This document shows positions 38,453 to 48,705 of a stretch of DNA of 64,000 nt, in pieces. Position numbers and translations under genes: made by a program. This DNA is from a virus. The notes below the pieces were generated by a model. That model was not told where the DNA came from. It saw only the letters and a program-made list of their open reading frames with translations, and did not search any database. Numbering within the stretch: the stretch's first letter is position 1; each line of letters begins with the position of its first letter. Where the stretch lies: the IMG/VR virus record IMGVR_UViG_3300035181_001055, positions 32,001-96,000 of that record; one strand, written 5' to 3'.

Positions 38453-39631
38453 ATGAGTCAAGTCCTGCTTGAAAAATGGGAAGCTCTGCTAGAGAGCGAT
38501 AAGGTCGAAAAGATCAACGATCCTTACAGAAAGAAAGTTACAGCACAGCTGCTCGAGAACCAAGAAAAGTTCCTGGCTGAAGTTGCCCAGACTACTACTG
38601 GCAATGTCCAGAACTGGGATCCTGTTCTAATCAGTCTCGTCCGCCGTATGGCGCCTAAGCTGATTGCGTATGATATCTGCGGCGTTCAGCCTATGACTGG
38701 CCCGACTGGATTGGTGTTCGCTCTGCGCTCGCATTATACCAACGCTGCTGGGGCAGAAGCTCTATTCAATGAATCTGATACTGGATTCTCGGGTGCTGGC
38801 ACGCATACAGGAGAAGATCCTTTTGCTGCTACATATTCTACTGGTTCTGGTGAAGCCACGGCTGACGGCGAGACCAATGTATGGAATTCGATGGCAATGA
38901 CCATCGAAAAAGCAAGTGTGACAGCAAAGACTCGTCAACTACGCGCTGATTACAGCCTTGAATTGGCTCAAGACCTTCGCGCTATCCATGGCCTGGATGC
39001 CGAAAACGAGCTTTCGAATATCCTTTCGAATGAAATTATCAGTGAAATCAATCGTGAAGTTGTTCGCACGATTTATACCATTGCTAAGCCTGGAGCTCAA
39101 TTCGCGTCTACTCCTGGCACATTTGATCTTCAAACTGATTCAGATGGTCGTTGGTCGGTTGAACGCTATAAGGGTCTCATGTTCGCAATTGAGCGCGATG
39201 CAAACGCCGTTTCTATCGAGACTCGACGCGGTAAAGGTAATATCCTAATCGTTTCTGCTGATGTTGCATCCGCTTTCGTCATGGCTGGCGTTCTTGATTA
39301 TAACCCTGTTCTTCAGGCCAATTCCAATCTCGAGGTTGATGCTACTGGAACGACCTATGCTGGTCAATTGGGTCGCTTCAAAGTGTTTATCGACCCATAT
39401 CTCGGAACCAATGCATACGTTGTTGGTTTCAAAGGCGCTAATGCCTATGACGCGGGCATGTTCTATTGCCCGTATGTTCCGCTGCAAATGGTTCGCGCTA
39501 CCAACGTTGATGCCTTCCAGCCAGCTATCGGGTTCAAGACTCGTTACGGTATGATTGCTAACCCGTTCACTTCTCTCAGCGCAGGTAGCAACGTTTACTA
39601 TCGTAAGGTCAAGGTGTTGAACTTGCACTAA
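38453..39631 (+). CDS. gp23: Major capsid protein gp23
   Basis: L.EKW..LLE, DPVLISLVRRMAP.LIAYDICGVQPMTGPTGL.FA.R, AK.RQL.A.YS.ELAQDL.A.HG.DA..EL..IL..EI..EINRE and GFKTRYG...NPF. Start chosen at the RBS-preceded ATG. Confidence 0.97.
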   Translation: MSQVLLEKWEALLESDKVEKINDPYRKKVTAQLLENQEKFLAEVAQTTTGNVQNWDPVLISLVRRMAPKLIAYDICGVQPMTGPTGLVFALRSHYTNAAGAEALFNESDTGFSGAGTHTGEDPFAATYSTGSGEATADGETNVWNSMAMTIEKASVTAKTRQLRADYSLELAQDLRAIHGLDAENELSNILSNEIISEINREVVRTIYTIAKPGAQFASTPGTFDLQTDSDGRWSVERYKGLMFAIERDANAVSIETRRGKGNILIVSADVASAFVMAGVLDYNPVLQANSNLEVDATGTTYAGQLGRFKVFIDPYLGTNAYVVGFKGANAYDAGMFYCPYVPLQMVRATNVDAFQPAIGFKTRYGMIANPFTSLSAGSNVYYRKVKVLNLH

Positions 39632-39656
39632 ACCATAGCAATCAGATGATTGCTTC

Positions 39657-39684
39657 AACCCCAGGCTTTGCCCTGGGGTTTTTA
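39657..39684 (+). terminator. Intrinsic terminator after gp23
   Basis: AACCCCAGG-ctttgc-CCTGGGGTT followed by a T run. Confidence 0.85.
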
Positions 39685-39716
39685 TTGAGCATAAATAAAT
39701 TTGAAAGAGGTGTGAT

Positions 39717-40169
39717 ATGGAAGTTTCAGAAAGAGGGATAGATCTCGTTAAAGGATTTGAGAGTTTCAGTCCGAAATCATATAGAGATGTTGCAGGGGTT
39801 TGGACGATTGGGTACGGCACTACACGAATTGACGGTGACCCCGTTCAGCCTAATATGACGTGTACTCAAGAGGAAGCTGATGAGTGGCTACGCAATGATA
39901 TTAATGAGCATTTTCGCGAAGCTTCTGAATTTATTAGTCCTGATGTGACTCTGAATCAAAATCAAGTCGATGCTCTTGCTAGCTTTGTTTATAACGTCGG
40001 TGTTGGAAATTTTAAGGAAAGCACGCTCTTAAAGCTTATAAATTCTGGCGATATGGAAGGTGCAGCCGATCAATTTATAAGATGGAATCGAGCTGGCGGC
40101 AGAGTGTATCCTGGATTGACGAGACGTCGTGAAGCTGAAGCTGAACTTTTCTCTGAGCCTGAGGAGTAA
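39717..40169 (+). CDS. GH24 lysozyme (muramidase; endolysin or virion lysozyme)
   Basis: GIDLVKGFESF...Y.DVAGVWTIGYGTT (E-x8-D-x5-T triad), LNQNQ.DAL.SF.YN.G.G and GL.RRR.AE. Preceded by CATAAATA at 39690. Confidence 0.92.
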   Translation: MEVSERGIDLVKGFESFSPKSYRDVAGVWTIGYGTTRIDGDPVQPNMTCTQEEADEWLRNDINEHFREASEFISPDVTLNQNQVDALASFVYNVGVGNFKESTLLKLINSGDMEGAADQFIRWNRAGGRVYPGLTRRREAEAELFSEPEE

Positions 40170-40646
40170 TTGATGGGCGCTATGAATTACAATATAGCGA
40201 CAAATACAAATTTCAGAGCTGAAATTTCTGGCGCGCCTCAGTTTAACTATTTTGTCCAAAGCGTCAATCTCCCCTCAGTTAATATGGGTGGTGTAGAAAC
40301 CCCATATATGAATTACGCAGGAGTTATGACGAGCAATAGAATTGATTATGATCCTCTAACATTCACCTATATTCTTTCTGAAGATTTTGAGAATTACTTG
40401 TTTCTATATAATTGGATGCTAGAAATTCGTTCTTATGATGATCTGAAAAAGCAATTCAAAGACATCACGCTGCACATTCTGAACAATAATAAGTTGGCGA
40501 ATTTGACGGTTGTATTTTATAATTGTTTTCCTACTTCTCTCGCCGATATCAATTTGGAGTCGGCGGTCACAGACACGGATCCTCTGTCAACAACGGCAAC
40601 ATTTCGTTATCAGTACTTTGACATAAAACGTAGATATGAAAATTGA
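40170..40646 (+). CDS. gp3: Tail completion/tube terminator gp3
   Basis: YFVQSVNLP....G, YDPL..T.IL.EDFENY..LYNWM and LY.CFPTSL..I.L...T.ATFRY.YF. Confidence 0.8.
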   Translation: MMGAMNYNIATNTNFRAEISGAPQFNYFVQSVNLPSVNMGGVETPYMNYAGVMTSNRIDYDPLTFTYILSEDFENYLFLYNWMLEIRSYDDLKKQFKDITLHILNNNKLANLTVVFYNCFPTSLADINLESAVTDTDPLSTTATFRYQYFDIKRRYEN

Positions 40647-41064
40647 AGAAATTCGTGATTTGATTGAAAAAGACAGTGTTATTGATCAATCTGCTTTAGA
40701 TGCCGAGAGTATTAGAATCCCTTATCTTCATAGTAAATGGTACGGGATTTTTATTGATGAGTTGAAAATCCTGAAAGGGATTGAACAAGAATGGAATCGC
40801 CTCGTAAAAGAAAAGACTGAATACTATCTAGGAAAAGCTGATGATTCAGTTTATGAGCAGAAGCCTTTATATCACAAAGTTCTTAAGCAGGATCTAGATG
40901 TATATTTAAAAGCAGATGACGATTTAATGAAACTAGAAGGCAAGCGGAGCATCCAACAGATAAAAGTTGATATGATCGAAGAATTCATCAAATCGATTAA
41001 TCAGCGTAGCTTCAATATTCGCAACGCCATTGAGTTCATGAAATTCAAAAATGGCATCACATGA
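40636..41064 (+). CDS. uvsY: Recombination mediator UvsY
   Basis: D..ID...LD.ES..IP.LHSKW, K.D...Y..AD..L and ..K.I.QRSFNIRNAIE..KF..G. Confidence 0.9.
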   Translation: MKIEEIRDLIEKDSVIDQSALDAESIRIPYLHSKWYGIFIDELKILKGIEQEWNRLVKEKTEYYLGKADDSVYEQKPLYHKVLKQDLDVYLKADDDLMKLEGKRSIQQIKVDMIEEFIKSINQRSFNIRNAIEFMKFKNGIT

Positions 41065-42560
41065 TGGCTGACATAAGAGTTAGAAAGCACGACGAGCTTT
41101 ATATAAAAATTGAAGCTGAAAGAAGTATACAGTATGAATTGCTCGATCATTTTAGCTTCTATGTGAAAGATTACAAGTACATGCCTCTCTATAAATCGGG
41201 CAAATGGGATGGCAAGATTCGTTTGTTCAATATTTCAACAGGACTGCTTCCTTCAGGACTTATTGTAGATTTGGCTAAGTTTTGCGAAAAATATGATTAC
41301 TCGCTTGAAATTGTTGATAAGGAGAGATTGAAGCCGATAAGTTTCAAGGAAGATATTGAAGAATTTCTTCATGACTTGCCTTCGATCACAAAGATGCCGC
41401 CTAGAGACGAGTATCAGTATCAGATTGATGCTGTTAAGACTTGTGTCAAGCTGAATAAAGCTCTTGTCTTGTCACCTACAGGGTCTGGTAAAAGTCATAT
41501 CATATATCTCATCGTTCGTTTTCTTCTCAGATATACTGAAGAATCGATTCTGATTTGTGTTCCGACGACATCACTGGTTGAGCAGATGGTTAGTGACTTT
41601 GCAAGTTATGTGAATGATGATTTTGACGTTGAAACGATGATTGGCAAGATATATAGTGGGAAGGAAAAGATTACGAGCAAGAGGGTTGTTGTTTCAACAT
41701 GGCAGAGCATATACAAACTACCGCCAGAGTGGTTTTCTAGATTTGGCGGGTTCATATGCGATGAAGCTCATCAAGCAGATAGCGGCAGCATCACTAAGAT
41801 TGTAGGAAAACTCTCACATGCTCCATTCAGATATGGTTTTACGGGAACTCTCGATGGAAGTAAAACGCATGACGTGAGTTTGAGAGGGATGTTCGGGCCC
41901 ATCATCAAAACCACAACAACGAAGAAGTTAATGGATGATGGTGTATTGTCGGGTTTGAAAATAGATGTTATAATGCTTCAATATAGCAACGACGATTGTA
42001 AATTTGTTTCAAAGAATTGCAAGAAATATCAAGATGAGATAGATTGGCTAGTGAATAATGAGAAACGAAACAAATTTATCATAGCAACTGCTTTCTCTCA
42101 ACCAAAGAATACACTGGTTCTGTTTAATTTTGTTGGCGGTCATGGAGAAAGACTATACAAATATGCTCTTGATAAATCTTCTGAATTTGGTAAAGAAGTC
42201 TACTTCGTCCATGGAAATATCAAGGTTGAAGAAAGAGAGCGAATAAGACAACTTGTGGAAAATAAAGATAACATTATCATTTTTGCCAGTTACGGGACAT
42301 TTAGTACTGGCGTCAATATGAAGAATTTGCACACCGTTATATTTGCTCACCCTTTCAAGGCTCGCATACGTAACTTGCAATCGATAGGAAGAGCCCTTCG
42401 CAGAAGTAGCGGAAAGGAATCAGCTAAGCTGGTTGACATCGGCGACGATCTGTCTTATAATGGCAGAAAAAATGTATCGCTCGAACATCTAGTCGAGAGG
42501 CTTAAAATTTATGAGTCAGAACAATTCGAATACGTCGTTAGAAAAAGAGATCTCGGATAA
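41061..42560 (+). CDS. uvsW: SF2 DNA helicase UvsW
   Basis: F.F.V..YK.MP.YK.G.WDGKIRL, SPTGSGKS, DEAH, GFTGT, ASYGTFSTGVN and LQSIGR.LR. Confidence 0.95.
   Translation: MMADIRVRKHDELYIKIEAERSIQYELLDHFSFYVKDYKYMPLYKSGKWDGKIRLFNISTGLLPSGLIVDLAKFCEKYDYSLEIVDKERLKPISFKEDIEEFLHDLPSITKMPPRDEYQYQIDAVKTCVKLNKALVLSPTGSGKSHIIYLIVRFLLRYTEESILICVPTTSLVEQMVSDFASYVNDDFDVETMIGKIYSGKEKITSKRVVVSTWQSIYKLPPEWFSRFGGFICDEAHQADSGSITKIVGKLSHAPFRYGFTGTLDGSKTHDVSLRGMFGPIIKTTTTKKLMDDGVLSGLKIDVIMLQYSNDDCKFVSKNCKKYQDEIDWLVNNEKRNKFIIATAFSQPKNTLVLFNFVGGHGERLYKYALDKSSEFGKEVYFVHGNIKVEERERIRQLVENKDNIIIFASYGTFSTGVNMKNLHTVIFAHPFKARIRNLQSIGRALRRSSGKESAKLVDIGDDLSYNGRKNVSLEHLVERLKIYESEQFEYVVRKRDLG
42433..42461 (+). promoter_or_regulatory. 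sigma70 early promoter (perfect) inside the uvsW 3' end
   Basis: TTGACA tcggcgacgatctgtct TATAAT with a 17-nt spacer, upstream of the 42511 ORF, gp55 and gp47. Confidence 0.85.
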
Positions 42561-42957
42561 ACCTCTCAGAATTATTAGTTTGTCGAATGGCGTTACTATC
42601 TTAGGAAAGATAGTAGCTATGAATCAGTACGTGGCGCAGATTTCTTTTCCTGTTTCATTGGATGTTATTTTTGATTCTGATGAGGATATTGTTGGGATGA
42701 GTTTAGTTCCTTACTTAGCCCCTTTTTCTGTAATGAGTCCGTTTGCTTTAGTGAATTTCAATATCAATCAAATTATTAGTTTCTCTCTTCCGTCGCCTGA
42801 TATTGCTGAGAAATATGAAGAGGGGTTTCGCAAGATCTCTGAGCGATATAACGAAAATCTAGATAAAGCGATGGAAGATTATTTTCATTCGAGTGAATCT
42901 CACGATGCGAGTGTTTCAGGAGTGTGGGTTGCTCCAGGTTCAAAAACAATTCATTGA
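42511..42957 (+). CDS. Hypothetical protein (Sm-like beta-barrel typical of T4-like phages)
   Basis: RIISLSNG..ILGKI...ISFP.L pattern, at the conserved position before gp55. Confidence 0.55.
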   Translation: MSQNNSNTSLEKEISDKPLRIISLSNGVTILGKIVAMNQYVAQISFPVSLDVIFDSDEDIVGMSLVPYLAPFSVMSPFALVNFNINQIISFSLPSPDIAEKYEEGFRKISERYNENLDKAMEDYFHSSESHDASVSGVWVAPGSKTIH

Positions 42958-42971
42958 AGAAAGCGCGGTTT

Positions 42972-43418
42972 ATGACAAATCACTATGTAGATAACGCCAA
43001 ATTTCTTGAACTCTTAAAAGAGTACATAAAAGACAGGAATAAGAGAAAGGAAGAAGGTCTTCCTCCGCCTGAAATTCCGAATGAAATTGGCAAGATATTC
43101 ATACAGATTGCCACAAAATTAAGTCAGCGTTATAACTTCAACGGATACACTTTTAAGGATGAGATGATTGGCGACGGCATTCTCAATGCGGTTGAAGCTA
43201 TAAACGGATTTGACCCAGAAAAGGGCAGTAAGCCTTTCGCATACTTCACTCAAGTTATTTTTTGGGCTTTTGTTAGGCGTATTGAAAGTGAAAAGAAGGA
43301 GCATGCTTCTCGAATTAAGATGATGTTTGATGGAGATGTGAGCACATTTGACGTCCGAGACGGTGATACATATTCTATCAACCGAGATGACATCTTTCTT
43401 TGGTACAATCAGCGGTGA
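42972..43418 (+). CDS. gp55: Late-transcription sigma factor gp55
   Basis: HYVDN..FL..L..Y, IG..F..IA..LS...NF..YTF.DEMI.DGI.N and FDPEK...PFAYFTQ...AF.RRI..EKK. Confidence 0.93.
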   Translation: MTNHYVDNAKFLELLKEYIKDRNKRKEEGLPPPEIPNEIGKIFIQIATKLSQRYNFNGYTFKDEMIGDGILNAVEAINGFDPEKGSKPFAYFTQVIFWAFVRRIESEKKEHASRIKMMFDGDVSTFDVRDGDTYSINRDDIFLWYNQR

Positions 43419-43425
43419 AAAATAG

Positions 43426-44493
43426 ATGAAGATTGCAATGATTTCCGATATTCATTTCGGTGTCAGAAATGATTCTCAATTTTTTCACGAAAATCTTTTC
43501 AAGTTTATTGAAGGCGTTTTTTTGCCGTATATTGAAGAAAATGGAATAAAAACACTTCTGATTTTGGGCGACACTTGGGATCGTAGAAAGTACGTGAATT
43601 TCTATACTCTCAATGATGTTCGCGAGCGTTTTCTTGATAAATTGAATCAAATGGGGGTTGCTGTTAAAATCATCTATGGCAACCATGATGTTTATTTCAA
43701 AAACACTAATGATGTCAATAGCATTGATTTATTGTTTGATTCATATCAGAATATTGAGATTGTTAGCGATCATAAAGTCTTTGACTTTGATGGTCTTAAA
43801 GTTGGCATGATAAGTTGGATTCATAATGAAAATTTGGAAGAGAGTCTCATGTGGATTTCAACTGTCGTATGTGATGTTCTATGCGGTCATTTCGAAATTA
43901 GGAATTTCGAGGTGATGAAAGGGCATTATTGTGAGAATGGATTTGATCCTAGTATTTTTGAACGCTTCGAGTATGTTTTCAGCGGCCATTTTCATATAAT
44001 AAGCAACGATGGCCGCATTTTCTACATAGGCAATCCTAGCCAGACAAATTGGAGCGATTACGGTCTGAAAAAAGGATTTCATGTTTTTGATACCGCGGAC
44101 CGCTCTATTGAGTTCATTGAAAATCCTTTCAATGTGTATGAGAAATATCATTATGATGAATCGATTGATTTGTTGACTTTTGATTACGATAAGTTCAAAG
44201 ATAAGATTGTTCGCATATATGTGAATTCTTTTGACATTTCCAATCGACGAAAATTTGATTTGTTCATTGATAAGATTTCTCAAGTTTCTTTCAGCGTCGA
44301 CGTGCAAGAAATTGATCCCGCTTTCAATCAAATTGGCCTTGATGGTGAAATTGAAGTGCAATATACTGATACTATGAGTTTAGTGGATCAATATATAGAA
44401 TCTATCAGTTCAGACGGGATCGATAAGAAAAAGCTTCGTTCCTATTTCAGTGATATTTACAATGAGGCTATTGAGAAAACGGTGGCTGCATGA
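43426..44493 (+). CDS. gp47: Recombination endonuclease subunit gp47 (Mre11-like)
   Basis: ISDIHFGVRNDS, LGD.WDRRK, GNHD, SGHFH, YIGNP.Q..WSDYG..KGF. Confidence 0.95.
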   Translation: MKIAMISDIHFGVRNDSQFFHENLFKFIEGVFLPYIEENGIKTLLILGDTWDRRKYVNFYTLNDVRERFLDKLNQMGVAVKIIYGNHDVYFKNTNDVNSIDLLFDSYQNIEIVSDHKVFDFDGLKVGMISWIHNENLEESLMWISTVVCDVLCGHFEIRNFEVMKGHYCENGFDPSIFERFEYVFSGHFHIISNDGRIFYIGNPSQTNWSDYGLKKGFHVFDTADRSIEFIENPFNVYEKYHYDESIDLLTFDYDKFKDKIVRIYVNSFDISNRRKFDLFIDKISQVSFSVDVQEIDPAFNQIGLDGEIEVQYTDTMSLVDQYIESISSDGIDKKKLRSYFSDIYNEAIEKTVAA

Positions 44494-46214
44494 TTGTTTT
44501 TCATACTATTCGATACAAGAATATATTGAGTTTCGGCAATATGATGACCGAGATTCAGCTAGATAGAAGCCCTACAACTCTGATACAAGGGAAGAATGGC
44601 GGAGGAAAGAGCACCTTACTAGATGCTATCTGTTACGCTCTTTTCGGTAAACCGTTTCGTAGAATCAATCGCCCTCAGTTGATGAATCACAAAAACAAGA
44701 GAGAGTTGCTAACGGAGATTGAGTTCTCAATCAAGGACTCTCGTTACATGGTTCGTCGCGGCATGAACCCGCAAGTGTTTGAGATTTACCGTGATGGTGA
44801 GCTAATAAATCAAAATGCAGCGACGCGAGACTACCAAGAATATCTAGAGACTAACATTCTCAATTTTGATTATTCTGCGTTTACACAAATTGTTATTCTA
44901 GGAAAAGCAACGTACGTTAGCTTTATGCGCTTGACGTCTGAACAGCGTAGGAAGTTCATAGAGAGCATTCTGGGTTTGAATATTTTTAGCGCGATGGTTG
45001 AGATTCATCGTGTTAAAATTGCAGAGCTCAAAGAAAAGATAAATGAAATCAAAGGCGCGATATCTGTTGCTAAAGAAAAGATAGAGGTTCGAGAAAATTA
45101 TATACGTAAACTTGAAGCTGATGCTATCGCAAAAAGAACAGATTTGATTGCCAAGATCGATGCTAATATTGAAATGATTAAGAATGAAATCAATAGCATC
45201 GACGAAAAAATAAATGAGTTAGAATCTTCCAGGATATCGGTCGACGAAAGAGAGATCGAAAGCTTAGAATCTCGCATTAACCAACTGAGCAGTTTCATTG
45301 CGAAGAGTGAAGTTCGATACAATCAGATGATGAAAGATTTGAGATTTTTTGTTGATAATGATATATGCCCTACTTGTAGTCAGCCAATTGAGAATGATAT
45401 AAAACAGACAAAAATATCTGAGCTCGATAGGAAAATGAAAGAGATTTCAGATATTATTGATGATTTGAGAGCAAAGAGCGGTGAGGCGATGTCTGCTCTG
45501 AGAGAAATCAACAGCGCGGTTGAAATAAACCATCAAATAGGAAAGCAATTGTCAGCTCTGATTGCCAGTAAAGAAGAGAAGAGCAGACAAATTTCTTTGC
45601 TCAATTCGGAGAAAAATAGAGAAAATGATGATGACAAGGAAAAAATTGACGTCGAGAAGAAAACTCTCAATGCTCTTTGCGACACTTATGATAAGCTAGT
45701 TGACAAGAAATCAGAACTTCTGGAGAAATTTGAGTACTTTGATCTGATTTCTAGTATGCTGAAAGACACTGGTATTAAGCGTATGGTTATTCGCAAGTAC
45801 ATTCCTTTAATTAACAGAATAACAAACGACCATCTCAAGAATTTAGGTTTCTTCGTCAAATTTACTTTGGATGAAGACTTCAATGAAAAGATTCTAGCTC
45901 GTGGGATTGATGAACTGAGTTATTTCAATTTCAGTGAAGGAGAAAAGCTGCGAATTGATCTTGCCATACTGATGACATGGCGAGAAATTGCTAAAATGCA
46001 GAATAAGATGAGCACTAACCTTCTGATTTTTGACGAGATCTTTGACAGCTCGATGGATCAGGCGGGAGTCGACGCGTTCGTTGAGCTGCTCGGCAGAATG
46101 AAGAACACCAATGTGTTTGTTATCAGCCACACGCCAGACAAGCTGGCAGACAAGTTCCGAAGCAGCATCAGCTTCGAGAAAGAGAACGGGTTCAGCAGGA
46201 TCGTGACTGCTTGA
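44490..46214 (+). CDS. gp46: Recombination ATPase gp46 (Rad50-like)
   Basis: YKN.LSFGN, Walker A GKNGGGKST, zinc hook CPTC.Q, FSEGEK.RIDLA, Walker B LIFDEIFDSS.D and ISH. Confidence 0.96.
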   Translation: MIVFHTIRYKNILSFGNMMTEIQLDRSPTTLIQGKNGGGKSTLLDAICYALFGKPFRRINRPQLMNHKNKRELLTEIEFSIKDSRYMVRRGMNPQVFEIYRDGELINQNAATRDYQEYLETNILNFDYSAFTQIVILGKATYVSFMRLTSEQRRKFIESILGLNIFSAMVEIHRVKIAELKEKINEIKGAISVAKEKIEVRENYIRKLEADAIAKRTDLIAKIDANIEMIKNEINSIDEKINELESSRISVDEREIESLESRINQLSSFIAKSEVRYNQMMKDLRFFVDNDICPTCSQPIENDIKQTKISELDRKMKEISDIIDDLRAKSGEAMSALREINSAVEINHQIGKQLSALIASKEEKSRQISLLNSEKNRENDDDKEKIDVEKKTLNALCDTYDKLVDKKSELLEKFEYFDLISSMLKDTGIKRMVIRKYIPLINRITNDHLKNLGFFVKFTLDEDFNEKILARGIDELSYFNFSEGEKLRIDLAILMTWREIAKMQNKMSTNLLIFDEIFDSSMDQAGVDAFVELLGRMKNTNVFVISHTPDKLADKFRSSISFEKENGFSRIVTA

Positions 46215-46239
46215 CATCCTGGCCGTTCCATGCTATAAT
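46211..46239 (+). promoter_or_regulatory. sigma70 early promoter (perfect, extended -10) for gp45
   Basis: TTGACA tcctggccgttccatgc TATAAT with a 17-nt spacer and TGn. Confidence 0.88.
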
Positions 46240-46277
46240 GTAGCCTCTTCGTTATCTTTTCTAGTGGAGATTGAACT

Positions 46278-46931
46278 ATGAAACTTTCGAAACAAACCGT
46301 CGAAGTCCTCAAGAATTTCAATGGCATTAACCAAGGAATTCTATTTCGCGAGGGGAATGTTATCAGGACTATGAGTGTCATGAAGAACATTTTTGCCACT
46401 GCTATTGTTGCAGATGAATTCCCTCGTGAGTTCGCGGTTTATGATTTAGGGGAATTTCTTTCGACTGTCAGTTTGTTCAGCGACCCTGAGCTACAGTTCA
46501 AAGACGAGCACTTTGTAATCTCTGAAGGCAATACAAAGGTCAAGTACTTTTACAGCAATCCTAGTGTTGTTGTGAGTCCGCCTAATAAAAGCATAGCTAT
46601 GCCAGAACCCGACGCTACATTCGCGATCACAAAAACACAATTTGAGCAGCTTTTGAAAGCTGCTGCAGTCATGCGCCTCAAAGATTTTGCGGTCAATGAA
46701 AAAGGTCTGAAAGTGTTCAATCGCAATAGCGTTGGCAATCAGTATACTGTTGAAACAAGCGTTGAATCGTCTGAGGATGAATTCGAGTATATTTTGAAAG
46801 TTGAGAATCTGAAAATGATTCCAGCTGATTATCAAGTTGCTATCACTAAGAAGGGTATTGCGCAGTTCAAAGCTAGCGCAACCAAAGATACACCTGAGCT
46901 TGAATACTTCATTGCACTTGAAACTGACTGA
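46278..46931 (+). CDS. gp45: Sliding clamp gp45
   Basis: MKLSK.T..VLKNF..INQ.I.F..G..I.T.S..KNI.A.A...EFP..F..YDL..FL. Confidence 0.95.
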   Translation: MKLSKQTVEVLKNFNGINQGILFREGNVIRTMSVMKNIFATAIVADEFPREFAVYDLGEFLSTVSLFSDPELQFKDEHFVISEGNTKVKYFYSNPSVVVSPPNKSIAMPEPDATFAITKTQFEQLLKAAAVMRLKDFAVNEKGLKVFNRNSVGNQYTVETSVESSEDEFEYILKVENLKMIPADYQVAITKKGIAQFKASATKDTPELEYFIALETD

Positions 46932-46939
46932 TTTTTGAA

Positions 46940-47899
46940 ATGGGGAATATGATGTCAGATCGTGAAGAATTTCTGTGGGTTGAGAAGTATCGTCCTAAAG
47001 TTATTTCAGACTGCGTTCTTCCTGAACGCATGAAAGAATATTTTACTGAAATGGTCAAAAAGGGCGAGCTTCAGAACATGCTCCTGGTGGGAGGACCAGG
47101 GACAGGCAAGACGACTGTTGCTCGAGCTCTCTGCAATGAGCTGAGTCTCGATTACTTGATGATTAATGCGTCCGAGAATGGCAATATCGATGTTCTGCGC
47201 ACGACGATTCGCGGCTTTGCGTCGACAATGTCATTTACCAGCAGCTACAAAGTCGTCATTCTTGACGAAGCAGACTATCTGAATGCAAATTCAACTCAAC
47301 CTGCTCTTCGCAATTTCATCGAGGAGTTCAGCAAAAATTGCCGCTTTATTATGACGGCGAATTATGCTAATAGAATCATCGATCCGCTAAAAAGTCGTTG
47401 CGCGGTCATTGAGTTCAATTTTTCAAAAGAAGAAAAGCAACAGATGGTGGTTTCATTCGACCGCCGCGTGAAAGAAATTCTCGAAAAAGAAGGCGTGACA
47501 TACGACAAGAAAGTGCTAGCCCAGGTTTTGGTTAAGTACTTCCCCGATTTTCGAAAAATCCTCAACGAGTTGCAGCGTCATTCTTCTGGCGGAGTTATTG
47601 AAAGCGCGGTGCTAACTAGTTTGAGTGACGACAGCATCAAGAAATTGTATGGTTATCTTCGTGACACATCGAAGTGGCTTGAAATGAGAAAGTGGGTTGC
47701 AGATAACCTTGATAATGATTTCAATTTGATATCTCGCGCAATTTATGAGAGGGCCGAAGATTTTGTTAAACCTGGGAGCATACCTCAACTAGTTCTTACG
47801 CTCGCTCAGTATGATTATAAGAATAGTTTCGTTATGGACAAAGAAATCAATCTGGTAGCTATGCTCACAGAAATTATGGCGCAAGTGGAGTTCAAATGA
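46940..47899 (+). CDS. gp44: Clamp loader large subunit gp44
   Basis: FLWVEKYRP, GPGTGKTT, INASE..IDVLR, ILDEADYL, Q.ALR.FIEEFS.NCRFI and FPDFR..LNELQR. Confidence 0.96.
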   Translation: MGNMMSDREEFLWVEKYRPKVISDCVLPERMKEYFTEMVKKGELQNMLLVGGPGTGKTTVARALCNELSLDYLMINASENGNIDVLRTTIRGFASTMSFTSSYKVVILDEADYLNANSTQPALRNFIEEFSKNCRFIMTANYANRIIDPLKSRCAVIEFNFSKEEKQQMVVSFDRRVKEILEKEGVTYDKKVLAQVLVKYFPDFRKILNELQRHSSGGVIESAVLTSLSDDSIKKLYGYLRDTSKWLEMRKWVADNLDNDFNLISRAIYERAEDFVKPGSIPQLVLTLAQYDYKNSFVMDKEINLVAMLTEIMAQVEFK

Positions 47900-48282
47900 G
47901 CGAAAAATTTACCTTGATTGACTATCTTAACAATATAAATGAGAAAAAAGGCGGAGTTCTACAATCGCCCGAATTGAAAGATTATCAGCCATACATCATA
48001 AATCGTGCATTGAGTCAGCAAAGAGATCTCATTTATCTCGCGAACGAAATGAATGCCTTAAATAATGTTGACAAGGACATGCACTATGCGTTCTTGTACT
48101 ATGGAGTTCCTAAGAAGCGTAGATATGGGAAATGGGCTAAGAATGAAGATGATAAAGAGAGTATCAGAATCATTCAGGAATATTATGGATACTCATATCA
48201 ACGAGCTAAGGAGGTTCTACCTCTATTGATCAACAAAATGGCTGAAATCAAGAAAAAACTTGAAAAAGGCGGAAAGGTGTAA
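47896..48282 (+). CDS. gp62: Clamp loader small subunit gp62
   Basis: DYLN.IN..K, Y.PYIINR.LS, MHY.FL...K.RYGKW.K and I.EYYGYS..RA.E.L. Confidence 0.9.
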   Translation: MSEKFTLIDYLNNINEKKGGVLQSPELKDYQPYIINRALSQQRDLIYLANEMNALNNVDKDMHYAFLYYGVPKKRRYGKWAKNEDDKESIRIIQEYYGYSYQRAKEVLPLLINKMAEIKKKLEKGGKV

Positions 48283-48284
48283 AA

Positions 48285-48704
48285 ATGTCAGAAAGAAATG
48301 ATATTCTTGAAAATTTCATTGAAATTGAATCTGTTAATAGCGATGAGTTTCTGAAAATCAAGGAAACGTTGACTCGAATTGGGCTGGCGAGTCGAAAGAA
48401 AGGCAATGAGCGACCAATTCTTTGGCAAAGCTGCCATATTTTTCATAAAAAGGGCAGATACTATATTGTTCATTTCAAACAATTGTTTTTGCTTGATGGG
48501 CGATTTAATAAAACTGAAATTAGCGAAGAAGATCGCGGCAGAACTGCATTGGTTGCGAGTATGCTCAATCAGTGGGGTCTTATCAAGCCTGTGAAAAAGG
48601 TCCCTGAATATGACCCTAAAACGAAAGTGACAGTGATCCCATTCAAAGAAAAAGATAAGTGGGAACTGAAGTCCAAGTACAATATTGGAAAGAAGGTGAA
48701 TTGA
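48285..48704 (+). CDS. regA: Translational repressor RegA
   Basis: DEFLKIKETLTRIG.AS, L.QSCHI.HK.GRYYIVHFK.LF.LDG and K..W.L..KY.IG. Confidence 0.96.
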   Translation: MSERNDILENFIEIESVNSDEFLKIKETLTRIGLASRKKGNERPILWQSCHIFHKKGRYYIVHFKQLFLLDGRFNKTEISEEDRGRTALVASMLNQWGLIKPVKKVPEYDPKTKVTVIPFKEKDKWELKSKYNIGKKVN

Positions 48705-48705
48705 T

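Noticed and set aside
48068-48096. TTGACA inside gp62 as a promoter for regA
   Set aside because: No -10 element at 16-18 nt spacing.
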